A DNA stretch of 62,966 nucleotides, counting the filler, from Armatimonadota bacterium (GTDB lineage: Bacteria; Armatimonadota; Fimbriimonadia; Fimbriimonadales; Fimbriimonadaceae), in NCBI GenBank assembly GCA_031400935.1. It is 4 parts of 4 records of this genome, joined end to end, with 100 filler letters (N's around TTAATTAATTAA, not from the genome) between each part and the next. Parts side by side here need not be neighbours in the genome. Positions count along the whole stretch, not along the records: positions 34,629 to 58,824 come from JANNQV010000047.1; positions 58,925 to 62,966 come from JANNQV010000053.1; 2 more parts are not named here. One strand, given 5' to 3'. The notes under the pieces were generated by a model. That model worked only from the letters and a program-made list of their open reading frames with translations, did not search any database and was not told the origin of the DNA. Made by a program: the position numbers and the translations under genes. Below, piece after piece: positions 49,758 to 61,850 of this stretch (the first letter of the stretch is position 1; every line of letters starts with the position of its first letter).

Positions 49758-50780
49758 ATGAATGTTGTTGAGGTGTTGCAGAATTTTGTACGAGCTCCAG
49801 GACCGCCAGGGCAAGAGGATCAGGTTCGAAATCTTCTTGCGGAATACCTAGATCAAGCCAACGTCGCCCACTCTACTGACCCAAAGGGCAACCTCATTGT
49901 CCGGTTCGGTGAGGGAAAGCGCACTCCGATCGTGGTCACCGCGCACCTCGATGAAATCGCACTTTGCGTTCAGCAAGTTTGCTCAAACGGAACCCTAACC
50001 GTTCGCCCTCTAGGAGGAACTCACCCCTGGAAGCTTGGCGAAGGCCCCATTCTAGTCATGGCAAGCGAAGGTTCGTTTGAAGCCGTTCTCGGGTTTGGTT
50101 CAATTCACACGGAAAGCAAAGAGAGTGCTGTCCAACGAGTAAAAATTGAAGGGCCGAATTGGGAAATGGCACGTGTTACGACGGGCCTTAGTGAATCCGA
50201 ACTGATAAGTCGAGGAGTTCACCCTGGAACGAGAGTGATTGTATCGCCATCTCGACGTGAACTGACGATCATGGGCGAACTTATTGCAGGCTACTTTTTA
50301 GATGATCGAGCTGATCTCGTAAGCTGGTTGCTCGCAATCTCTGCACTTCAACGCGATAATTTGGACGCGACATTCGTGGCAACTACGTCCGAAGAGGTCG
50401 GTGGCGAAGGCGCACAGTACTTCCTTGCTCGTAACCCGTGCGATATTTGCGTTGCCCTTGAGCTTGGTCCCAACGTGCCTGACGCGCCTGTGGTGATAAA
50501 CGCTCAGCCAACAGTCTGGGCCATTGACAGTTACGCATCAACTCCGCCCCATTTGCTCGACTGTATAAGCGCTCTTGGGATACCCGTGCAGTTTCAGGCA
50601 ATATCCAGAGGTGGAAGTGATGCGAGCTGCGCCGCGGGCCGAGGGCTTTGTGCGCACCCGATTACTTTGGGCATTCCAATGGAAAACAGTCACGGTTATG
50701 AAATCATCCACCGAGACTCTATGACTAGGCTCGCTGATCTCGCCGTTAAGCTCGTGCGAAAGCTCCAAGCATCAGGATAA
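49758..50780 (+). CDS. M42/M20 family metallopeptidase
   Basis: AHLDEI, LDDR, SEEVG, GGSDA, SHGYE. Confidence 0.88.
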   Translation: MNVVEVLQNFVRAPGPPGQEDQVRNLLAEYLDQANVAHSTDPKGNLIVRFGEGKRTPIVVTAHLDEIALCVQQVCSNGTLTVRPLGGTHPWKLGEGPILVMASEGSFEAVLGFGSIHTESKESAVQRVKIEGPNWEMARVTTGLSESELISRGVHPGTRVIVSPSRRELTIMGELIAGYFLDDRADLVSWLLAISALQRDNLDATFVATTSEEVGGEGAQYFLARNPCDICVALELGPNVPDAPVVINAQPTVWAIDSYASTPPHLLDCISALGIPVQFQAISRGGSDASCAAGRGLCAHPITLGIPMENSHGYEIIHRDSMTRLADLAVKLVRKLQASG

Positions 50781-50789
50781 CATACCATC

Positions 50790-51902
50790 ATGTCAGTAGC
50801 TGGAAGAGCTTGTTTGCTAGAAGAGCCCGGAACTCCCTCAGTGGTGCGCGATATCACTATTGATGATCCAGGGCGCGACGAAGTCCTCATTCGAATTGTC
50901 GCCAGCGGCGTTTGCCACACCGATCTGACTGTCAAGAATCTGAATGGTAACGGTATGCCGTTTCCGATAGTGCTTGGTCATGAAGGCGCTGGCATCATCG
51001 AAAAGGTGGGTGAAGGTGTTACGAATTTGGCTCCTGGTGATCCTGTTGTTATAGCCTATCGAGCTCCATGCGGTTCATGCCCTGCTTGTCTTCGTGGCGA
51101 TCCGAGGCGATGCTACATGGCGTTGCGGCCCGGACCGCGCATCAAGAGATTCAGCGACGGTGCTTTTTGCTCTCAGGTGCTTCGTTGTGGCACGTTTGCA
51201 ACACATACTGTCGTTCATGCAAAAGCTGCCATCAAAATGCCTGCAGAAATGCCACTGGACAAAGCGTGCCTCATAGCATGTGGCGTGATCACAGGTGTCG
51301 GTGCTGTGCTCAATACTTCGCCAGTCACTAGAGGCTCCCGTGTTGCGGTCATAGGGTGCGGTGGGGTAGGGTTGAGCGTCATTCAAGGTGCCAAACTGGC
51401 GGGGGCGCGTCAGATCATCGCCGTTGACATCAATCCTGTAAAACTCGAATGGGCGAAGGATTTTGGCGCGACACACTTTGTAAACGCCAAAGACGGCGAT
51501 CCAATCGCGGCGGTTCGCGCGCTCACTGAAGATGGGTGGGACGGCGGCGTTGAGCACGCTTTTGAGGCGACAGGTATTCCATCTTGTATCGAACAAGCCG
51601 TGATGATGTTGAGCTATGGCGGTACGGCGACGACGATTGGCTTCCCAGCTCAAACCGACGCCGTAAACCTGAATCTAGGCGATATGGCAACAGGTGTTTA
51701 TTGGAATAAGGCCGCGCTCAATGTTTGCCATTGCGGCGACACCTTGCCATCTCATGATTTTCCGATGCTTGCCGACCTATACCTTCAGGGCAATCTCAAC
51801 CTAGACCAAATGGTAACTCGCCGAATTACTCTTGACGAAGTCGAAGATGCATTTCACGAGATGGAGACCGGCAACGTCATCCGGTCAGTCATTGTTTTTT
51901 GA
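50790..51902 (+). CDS. Zn-dependent alcohol/formaldehyde dehydrogenase
   Basis: GVCHTD, GHEGAG, CGSCPAC..C, GCGGVG. Confidence 0.92.
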   Translation: MSVAGRACLLEEPGTPSVVRDITIDDPGRDEVLIRIVASGVCHTDLTVKNLNGNGMPFPIVLGHEGAGIIEKVGEGVTNLAPGDPVVIAYRAPCGSCPACLRGDPRRCYMALRPGPRIKRFSDGAFCSQVLRCGTFATHTVVHAKAAIKMPAEMPLDKACLIACGVITGVGAVLNTSPVTRGSRVAVIGCGGVGLSVIQGAKLAGARQIIAVDINPVKLEWAKDFGATHFVNAKDGDPIAAVRALTEDGWDGGVEHAFEATGIPSCIEQAVMMLSYGGTATTIGFPAQTDAVNLNLGDMATGVYWNKAALNVCHCGDTLPSHDFPMLADLYLQGNLNLDQMVTRRITLDEVEDAFHEMETGNVIRSVIVF

Positions 51903-52020
51903 ACAAAGAGAAGATTTTGAACTTCGATCCGTTGGCTGGCCGAAAGGACTTGATGTTGGGTAGCACCATTTTGAAGGGAACTTCCGTCCGAGCCACACAT
52001 CCTACCAAAGCTAGAGCGAT

Positions 52021-52614
52021 TCAAAGCATTGGGGTCGGAAGTAGTGAACTGTCAGCGATGGCTTCCGTTCGTGCAGCCATGATTCGACGATTGAGTTCGG
52101 CGGATATCGTCCCCAACGGATCTTCCATTTGATAGGAATACAAAGGGATTCCTGGAGAGCCTGACCTTATTCTGGCTTTGATGATATTGGCCGGAATCTT
52201 GGGGATTGTTTCCAAAAAAGTCTCTAACATAAGTGGCACTAGTTCGATCAATTCCGAACGGCCCTTGCATGTGAGCTTTGCTGAATGGAGTACTTTGTAC
52301 GGTATCTCCAGATGCTCTAGCCCGATATATGTGATTTCGAGACTGGCATCTTTAAGCAGCAAACCACCCTTTGGATTTCGGTCTTTCAGATTTATATAGC
52401 CAAAGATCGCCAGCGGGACGGCATAGATCGAAACTTGACCAACAATTACGCCCAATTGATATCCAGGGGCATTATTTTGGACACCAATAATGATGATGGC
52501 ACTTACAAGCCCGACTGCTAAGGCAATCATTATCCAACCCAAAACTGGTTTCTTGTGAAAAATCTTTCTACCGAAAAAGATCTCACTTTGAACCGGATCA
52601 ATTTCTGCTCCCAT
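52021..52614 (-). CDS. Membrane hypothetical protein
   Basis: Two TMs followed by a soluble domain. Confidence 0.65.
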   Translation of the reverse strand: MGAEIDPVQSEIFFGRKIFHKKPVLGWIMIALAVGLVSAIIIIGVQNNAPGYQLGVIVGQVSIYAVPLAIFGYINLKDRNPKGGLLLKDASLEITYIGLEHLEIPYKVLHSAKLTCKGRSELIELVPLMLETFLETIPKIPANIIKARIRSGSPGIPLYSYQMEDPLGTISAELNRRIMAARTEAIADSSLLPTPML

Positions 52615-52626
52615 AGGCAGAAATTC

Positions 52627-53574
52627 CTACTTCCCAGCTTCCAAAAAGCTCTTTAAGTCGGATTCTGAAATAAACGGCTCGCCAGGCGAGACGTTGTCAA
52701 GTTTGCCTTGCCGCATCCAACGCTCAAGACGTCCAACTTCGTAAAACACGTGGTCGAACGAGTCGGCTACAAAATAGAGAGGCTGGTAGTGGTCAATTTC
52801 GAAATACTGATTCACCACCCATTCAAGTTGAAGGTCGTATTTTTGAGCTTCCTTTGATTCAATAGCGTATTCAATCTCTCCGTAAGAACTCAGGATTCCG
52901 CTACCGTACGCTGAAATTCCAGAGCCGTCCGCTCTTCGCATCAAGCCAAATTCGATAGTGAACCAAAAAAAGCGCGCCATAGCCTTTATGATGCTCGTAA
53001 GCTTCATCAGTCTTTCATGCTCATCCTTGATGTCCGCCACAATTTCAGCGGCAGTATGGGCTACTTCACCAAATCTTACCAAGACCTCCGCAAAGGCTCG
53101 ATCTGTGTGCATCGGAACGTGGCCGGCGATGTCGTGGAAAATGTCCGGCTCAGGTAGGTAATCGAGCTTATCGCTCCTGCGAATCGTGATGGTGGTTGGG
53201 AAATCACGCTCCCGAAGGCAATCGAAAAACTGGAACGCAGGAACATAGCCAGCGACGGCCTTCGCCTTAAATCCGGTTAATGGGCTGAGAAACTTGTTGA
53301 CATCGTCTAATCGTGGAACAGCATTGGGGTCCAAGCAAAGATTCTCAATCCCAACCAAAAAATGCTCATTGGCGTATTTTTCCCATCTCGGCATCATTCG
53401 AGCAAAGAGCTTGCGCCATGAATCGTGATTCTCTTCCGAATACAGCTCGTACGGCTGTTGGATGTAGATTTCGCCACGAGACTTGGCTGCCTCAATAAAC
53501 GGGGCAAAGGTCGTGGTAAGACCCTCTTGAAACCGAGAATCATCGTTAACAGGGTTTTGTGCTGGCTGGGCCAT
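52627..53574 (-). CDS. phhA: Phenylalanine 4-hydroxylase
   Basis: YLPEPDIFHDIAGHVP, FWFTIEFGL, YGSGILSS.GE. Confidence 0.93.
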   Translation of the reverse strand: MAQPAQNPVNDDSRFQEGLTTTFAPFIEAAKSRGEIYIQQPYELYSEENHDSWRKLFARMMPRWEKYANEHFLVGIENLCLDPNAVPRLDDVNKFLSPLTGFKAKAVAGYVPAFQFFDCLRERDFPTTITIRRSDKLDYLPEPDIFHDIAGHVPMHTDRAFAEVLVRFGEVAHTAAEIVADIKDEHERLMKLTSIIKAMARFFWFTIEFGLMRRADGSGISAYGSGILSSYGEIEYAIESKEAQKYDLQLEWVVNQYFEIDHYQPLYFVADSFDHVFYEVGRLERWMRQGKLDNVSPGEPFISESDLKSFLEAGK

Positions 53575-53614
53575 TTCTAATTGTAGAACACAAACGACTT
53601 CATCATAACAATGT

Positions 53615-53962
53615 TTATACTTGTTCGGCGTTTTTGCGCTTGCCGATTACGCTGTTGGCGATAATGCAGCCGATTATTCCCAAAACCGGAAACAAAAAGC
53701 CAACACTAACTGCTAATGAGTTCTTCTTTCCACCACTTAAGTCTCGAAATCCCGTAACGTCAACAGGATCGCCAATTCCAATGAACAGCGAAAAACTATC
53801 CCAAACGCTATAGGAGCCGATACCGAGAATCAGAACTCCGACCCACTTCCATGGAGCCTTCCCGCCATCGAGTTCCTTTCGAACTCCAAGGAAGAAAACG
53901 AGCATGCCGAAAAATAGGCATAGCATCGGCATTAGTAGAAAATCAGAGATTCCTTTAACCAT
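53615..53962 (-). CDS. Small membrane protein
   Basis: Three hydrophobic segments. Confidence 0.6.
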   Translation of the reverse strand: MVKGISDFLLMPMLCLFFGMLVFFLGVRKELDGGKAPWKWVGVLILGIGSYSVWDSFSLFIGIGDPVDVTGFRDLSGGKKNSLAVSVGFLFPVLGIIGCIIANSVIGKRKNAEQV

Positions 53963-54060
53963 ATTGAGATTTAGTTCCTTTCTTAGGCTTCATTTTAACG
54001 CATCTTTCATGCCAAAGTATGATTGCAAGGCCAGATTCTTGGTTCGAAAACTTACCGAAC

Positions 54061-54091
54061 AAAAAAGCCGATCCGAAAACTCGGATCGGCT
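54061..54091 (-). terminator. Intrinsic terminator of the porin gene
   Basis: AGCCGATCCGA-AAAC-TCGGATCGGCT with A-tract on the + strand. Confidence 0.75.
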
Positions 54092-54106
54092 GTAATTTTG
54101 AAGTCG

Positions 54107-55234
54107 TTACTTCACTCGTACTTGATAAGAAACGCTCCAAGTGGTACGCGAATCTTCGTTGCTGCTATCGCTATTGAAGAGAGCGCTGTCAGCAGAATCG
54201 TTTCGATATTCGAAACGAACTTTGCCTTTGTCGCCAGTCTTCCAATCAACGTTTATGGTGTAACTTGTGATCTTCTCACCTGTATTGAACCAGAAGGCAT
54301 CTTCGTCTTCGAATTGCTCGAAGCGAGCACCGATTCTTGTCGTTTCACTCCAATCGTATGTCAGGTATCCAGCATAACCAGTTAGATTAGCTTCTCCGCC
54401 TGTTCCATCCGTAAAGTTTTCGACCTTCATCATGGTGCCTTCGAATCCGAGATTTGCCTTTTCGCTAAGATCAAAATCAAAGTTAAATGCAAACACATTT
54501 ACGTCAACTGGATCGCTGAATCCATTGAATCCACCGAAGTTGCCAGTGTCAGATCCTTCAGTTCCGGAATACATGGTTGCTTTTGCGTTGAACTTCTCGC
54601 CTGTGTATCGAAGCCAACCTCCAAAGCTCATGTCGCCATTGCTGTCTTCCGATTCGTTCCAGCCGAATACGCTAGCGACTCCGAGTTGCATATTGCTACC
54701 GAAGTTAAACCATGCTCTTGCACCTGTTCCGAAGACTGGTTGCAGGTAATGGTATTGAAGCCCGCGTGAGTAGTTAATGTTGTGATCAGCAGTCCTAGAC
54801 TCCTTGCTAACCCAGGTGTTGAATTTTCCGACATCAAGACCCCATGAATCGCCGCCGAACGAAATAAAGCCTTCTTTGATAGCTCTGTATTTCGAACCTG
54901 CTGGATCATAAAAATGGTCGAGATCGGAGTTTCGTCCGCCGTACAAATCAATGTTGATTCCGAAGGGAATTCCGCCACCAGCACTTCGGTGCCAGCGTGC
55001 CGAGATTTCCGCTACTGACGGATTCTGACTGAATATGTCGTACGTACGACCTTCGCCGTTTTCCCCGAATAATGGATGATTCCAGTTCTTCAAGAAATAA
55101 ATGTCGAGATAAGCGCTGAAACACGATGAACATTCCCCGTCACAATCACTGCAACAATCGCACACTTGTGCGGATGCAAAGCTTGTGCCGAGTATGCCTA
55201 CCATGGCCAACGCGGTTAATTTTAGACGCGTCAT
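54107..55234 (-). CDS. Putative outer-membrane beta-barrel porin
   Basis: Signal peptide, GKFNTW..E...N.NYSR, GWN, RFEYR.D motifs; Cys-rich N-terminus. Confidence 0.75.
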   Translation of the reverse strand: MTRLKLTALAMVGILGTSFASAQVCDCCSDCDGECSSCFSAYLDIYFLKNWNHPLFGENGEGRTYDIFSQNPSVAEISARWHRSAGGGIPFGINIDLYGGRNSDLDHFYDPAGSKYRAIKEGFISFGGDSWGLDVGKFNTWVSKESRTADHNINYSRGLQYHYLQPVFGTGARAWFNFGSNMQLGVASVFGWNESEDSNGDMSFGGWLRYTGEKFNAKATMYSGTEGSDTGNFGGFNGFSDPVDVNVFAFNFDFDLSEKANLGFEGTMMKVENFTDGTGGEANLTGYAGYLTYDWSETTRIGARFEQFEDEDAFWFNTGEKITSYTINVDWKTGDKGKVRFEYRNDSADSALFNSDSSNEDSRTTWSVSYQVRVK

Positions 55235-55504
55235 AGTTTTCCTCTCACCACTCCATTGGTGATTATCGGCAATCTAGCTTGCCGACTAAGTAGTGACGAT
55301 AGAGATTCTTGCATAGATGCAAGTATTTTTGCAAGCGAATGCGGTATTTCAGGCTCAAAGACTCAGTTTTCTAGTGGCAATTCAGCGATTTTCTGGATTT
55401 CTGTGGCACATTTCGAGCCATGTTGCTGATTGGGCAGCTAGCAGTTAGCGGTAGGCGGCATGTGAGTCCAACTGGTCCAACTCGTCCAACACTTCTGAAA
55501 CAAG

Positions 55505-55530
55505 AAAGCCCCACATTTCTGTGGGGCTTT
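55505..55530 (-). terminator. rRNA operon terminator
   Basis: AAAGCCCCAC-ATTTCT-GTGGGGCTTT just downstream of 5S. Confidence 0.75.
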
Positions 55531-55544
55531 GAAATTAGTAATCT

Positions 55545-55664
55545 ATCCGGGCAACGTCCTTATCTCCCAGACCCTTGCGGATCAAGTACTTCCGGCGCTG
55601 AAGAGCTTAACTGCCGTGTTCGAGATGAGAACGGGTGTTTCCTCTTCGCTATGACCACCCGAAT
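55545..55664 (-). rRNA. rrf: 5S rRNA
   Basis: Reverse complement contains GAAACACCCGTTCTCATCTCGAACACGGCAGTTAAG...GCGCCGGAAGTACT; terminal helix pairs. Confidence 0.95.
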
Positions 55665-55813
55665 AGAAATCGGGATTCCAATGATAGTTCAAATAAGTCC
55701 TAATAGGTCCTATTGTTCCTCCATCGGAACGCTCTCAGTTCAGAGAGCTTTGATAGTTGCACATTTTGTTTTTTTATCTATTCGTTTACATCCAGCACTC
55801 ATTTTTTTGCTTC

Positions 55814-58811
<2,998 letters not shown>

Positions 58812-58824
58812 GAAAAGAACATGT

Positions 58825-58924
58825 NNNNNNNNNNNNNNNNNNNNNNNNNNNNNNNNNNNNNNNNNNNNTTAATTAATTAANNNNNNNNNNNNNNNNNNNN
58901 NNNNNNNNNNNNNNNNNNNNNNNN
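58825..58924. other. Assembly gap/contig linker
   Basis: N-run with TTAATTAATTAA. Confidence 0.98.
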
Positions 58925-59208
58925 GTTGGAGGGTCTGTTTGCACGAAGTTCCACTCTGCGACTACCGTTTCGACGCCCTGGTTGTCCTTAAGGATCAGTT
59001 TTGTTTGGGTCAAATAACCTCCACCAATGAATACTGATCCGGACGCGTAGCAATTGGTGCCTGAGTATTTTGCAGGAAGCGGCGCTTGGTTCTCTCCCCA
59101 AATGTTGAATTCAATCTGAGCCGCCACGAATTGCGAAATGAAAAGGCAAAGAAGACTAAGCAATAGCCTTGAACCTACTAGAATTGACTTAGGTATTTTG
59201 GTACCCAT
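58925..59208 (-). CDS. Secreted hypothetical protein, 5' fragment
   Basis: GAGG RBS and signal peptide; cut by the gap. Confidence 0.65.
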
Positions 59209-59322
59209 CTATTTTGCCTCGTTGCTATCCTACTATATCATATTCCTGTTTACAGCGCGCAATTACACTACAGCCAACGCGTTATAGCTTTAGTTCAAGT
59301 AGCTTGAGCAAGAAAAAACGTC

Positions 59323-60291
59323 CTACCTTCGGAAAAGTGCCTTCAATATGAACCAGACGTTCGCCGGCCTTTCCGCAAGGCGACGGCTGAAATATGGATA
59401 CCACGAATCGCCAAATGGAACATAAATACGAACTTTGTAGCCGTCTGCAAGCAAGGCGTCTTGCAAATCGCGGCGAATCCCAAATAGCATCTGAAACTCA
59501 AAACTAGATTTATCTATCGAATGCTCAGCCGCAAACGACTTCACGGCTTCAATCATATTGGGATCTTGTGTGGCAAAGGCGGGATAGTTCGTATGTTCCA
59601 GCATTGTCTTTGCTAACTGTATATATGCCTCGTTCACTTGTTCCTTCTTCTCAAAGGCAATGTCGTGAGATTCCAAATAGGCTCCCTTTACGAGCCTCAA
59701 GCGGCACCCTAATCTGTTTAATCTTGCAAGGTCATCAGGGGTTCGGAACAAATAAGATTGCAAAACTGTCGCGGCATTCGGATACTCCGCAAAAACCCTC
59801 TCAATCATCGCTATCGTTCTTTCGGTATACGCCGAAGCCTCCATGTCAACTCGGACAATGGTTCCCTTTTCTATGGCGAGGCCCAAGACACTGCGAAAAT
59901 TCTGTTCTGCGAGATCATCCGAAATATCGAGCCCGCATTGGGTTAATTTGATCGAAATATTGATATTCTCAATGCATTCGAACCGGTTTATTGACATTGG
60001 CGAAAGCTTATAAGGCACAAAGTGCGAATCTACAGAGAGTTGCTCAATGATCTCCAAAAACGAATCGCGGGCAGAATTCGCTTCTTCTATACTTTGGACA
60101 GATTCTCCCAGCAAATCGAGTGAAATCATGAACCCTCGATCCAAAAGCGGAGTTGCGTTTCGCAGTCCATCTGCAAGGGTATCCCCACCAATAAACCGCT
60201 TCACTACCGGTCGAAGCAAACGCGAGTTACGAACAAAACGTTCTACCCAGCCAAAGGCAGAAATTTTAAGGATGAGTGTTCGCAACAGCAT
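59323..60291 (-). CDS. Monofunctional proline dehydrogenase
   Basis: RFIGG, LGE, SIKLTQ, RVDME, QSYLFR, RLVKGAY, FEFQMLFG, YF.RRLAERPAN. Confidence 0.93.
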   Translation of the reverse strand: MLLRTLILKISAFGWVERFVRNSRLLRPVVKRFIGGDTLADGLRNATPLLDRGFMISLDLLGESVQSIEEANSARDSFLEIIEQLSVDSHFVPYKLSPMSINRFECIENINISIKLTQCGLDISDDLAEQNFRSVLGLAIEKGTIVRVDMEASAYTERTIAMIERVFAEYPNAATVLQSYLFRTPDDLARLNRLGCRLRLVKGAYLESHDIAFEKKEQVNEAYIQLAKTMLEHTNYPAFATQDPNMIEAVKSFAAEHSIDKSSFEFQMLFGIRRDLQDALLADGYKVRIYVPFGDSWYPYFSRRLAERPANVWFILKALFRR

Positions 60292-60309
60292 TGTTGTCAA
60301 TTTAGGGGG

Positions 60310-61791
60310 CTAGCAAAGGTTATCGTAGATTCGGAGGATCATTTCGTCTGACCCTTCCAAAAGTTCGCCAAGCCGCCTCTGAACATTCTCCCGATATGAC
60401 GAATCTTTTGCCACGCAGCTCCAGAATTCAACGAGTTCTCGCGCATTTTTACAGACTGTTGCCAAATCATTTTCAAGAAGTAGGTCAATCAACAGTTTCT
60501 GTTGAGGATGAACTGGACCAATGCAAATTGGAAGTCCCCAAGCCATTGCTTCGACCGGAGTGTGACCAGCACCATGCTGCCCCATTGAGCCGCCAACAAA
60601 GGCAACGTGCCCAACTGAATAAAAGTATTTCAATTCGCCAGTTGTATCTATCAAGACAATCCTTGAATCGGGAAACACTTCGATTCCGGCAGACCAACGA
60701 GCAAATTCTCTGAATTGTTCAAGCAAAACAGAATCGCATCCACCAGGACGATTGACGCCTCGCGGCGCGAGAACAAGAACAGCATCCGGACATTCTTGCC
60801 GAATCTGGTCGAAAGCTTCCAATAGAACGACTTCTTCCTCTTTGTATGTACTTCCAGCAATGACAACAGGAAAGGCTCCTTCAGGCAGCCTTAACCTTAC
60901 TTTGAGATCGTTTCGCACCTGATCAAGCGTTTCTTCGCGGCCTTGAACCGGATCAACAGCGATGCAGATTGGTCCAGTTTCAATGATTCTCGTGTTTGGA
61001 ATTTTGACTTTCTGAAACAGACGTTTTGCATGTTCCGGGCCCTGGCAACAATATGCCCCAATCAATTGGTACCTCCAACGTTTGCGAACGCTCATTCCGC
61101 GAATGCTTTGCTCGGTGATCGGGCAATTGAAAATCGCAGTTGGAATTCCCAATAGAGAGCAAATCGCTGCCAAGTGGTGATTGTCCCAAAACTCAACGCC
61201 GAGGATCGCCTTCGGGCGCCATCGCCAAAGAAAAATCAGTACTGAAATCGGGTTGTTGTACGGCATAATTCCGGTCGGAACCGTCGAATGGTGAATCTTG
61301 GAGGCATTGCTCACTTGTACAAGTACTGAGACAGGGCACTTTCGTTCCCGAATTAGGACTTCCGCAAAGGCAAGGCCAGCGCGTTTTTCTCCCATGCCTC
61401 CGGCATAAAGAACAACGTTCTTGTATGGATTGTATGGAACAAACTTGTTCGATGAGTTGAACTCTCCTGATCTGCCCTTAAGTATTGAAGGCGGAAGTTT
61501 TCCAATCTCACCATCATCCGATTCATCCAATCCATACAAACCATACGGGAACTTTGCAAGCGGCTTACTGCCGCCAAGCAGCCTCGTCCACATAATCTCC
61601 CGATGCCCGCGTTTACGAGACCTTCTCAGCCCATGAATCGCCAAAATCGGCCACGCCACAAGATGAAACGCCAAATAGACGAAATAGCAAAAGTACGATG
61701 GCCAAAGCCGCTGCCAGCGAGAAAACAATCCCTGATGAATCCATGCCGAAGCATCAGAAAATAGCGGATCGCTGTTTGGCGATGAGTTCAT
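60310..61791 (-). CDS. waaA: Kdo transferase WaaA/KdtA-like glycosyltransferase
   Basis: AGSTY.EEE, LAPR, DTTGEL..FY...VAFVGGS...GH.PVE motifs. Confidence 0.75.
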   Translation of the reverse strand: MNSSPNSDPLFSDASAWIHQGLFSRWQRLWPSYFCYFVYLAFHLVAWPILAIHGLRRSRKRGHREIMWTRLLGGSKPLAKFPYGLYGLDESDDGEIGKLPPSILKGRSGEFNSSNKFVPYNPYKNVVLYAGGMGEKRAGLAFAEVLIRERKCPVSVLVQVSNASKIHHSTVPTGIMPYNNPISVLIFLWRWRPKAILGVEFWDNHHLAAICSLLGIPTAIFNCPITEQSIRGMSVRKRWRYQLIGAYCCQGPEHAKRLFQKVKIPNTRIIETGPICIAVDPVQGREETLDQVRNDLKVRLRLPEGAFPVVIAGSTYKEEEVVLLEAFDQIRQECPDAVLVLAPRGVNRPGGCDSVLLEQFREFARWSAGIEVFPDSRIVLIDTTGELKYFYSVGHVAFVGGSMGQHGAGHTPVEAMAWGLPICIGPVHPQQKLLIDLLLENDLATVCKNARELVEFWSCVAKDSSYRENVQRRLGELLEGSDEMILRIYDNLC

Positions 61792-61850
61792 AGAGCCTCA
61801 AAAGCGTACCAGTACAACACTTAAAGCGATTTCCTTGCGTAGAATGTCCT

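Noticed and set aside
59965..60035. Apparent insert of about 20 aa in proline dehydrogenase as a fourth repeat-derived insert
   Set aside because: I could not find convincing inverted or tandem arms, so it may be ordinary loop variation.
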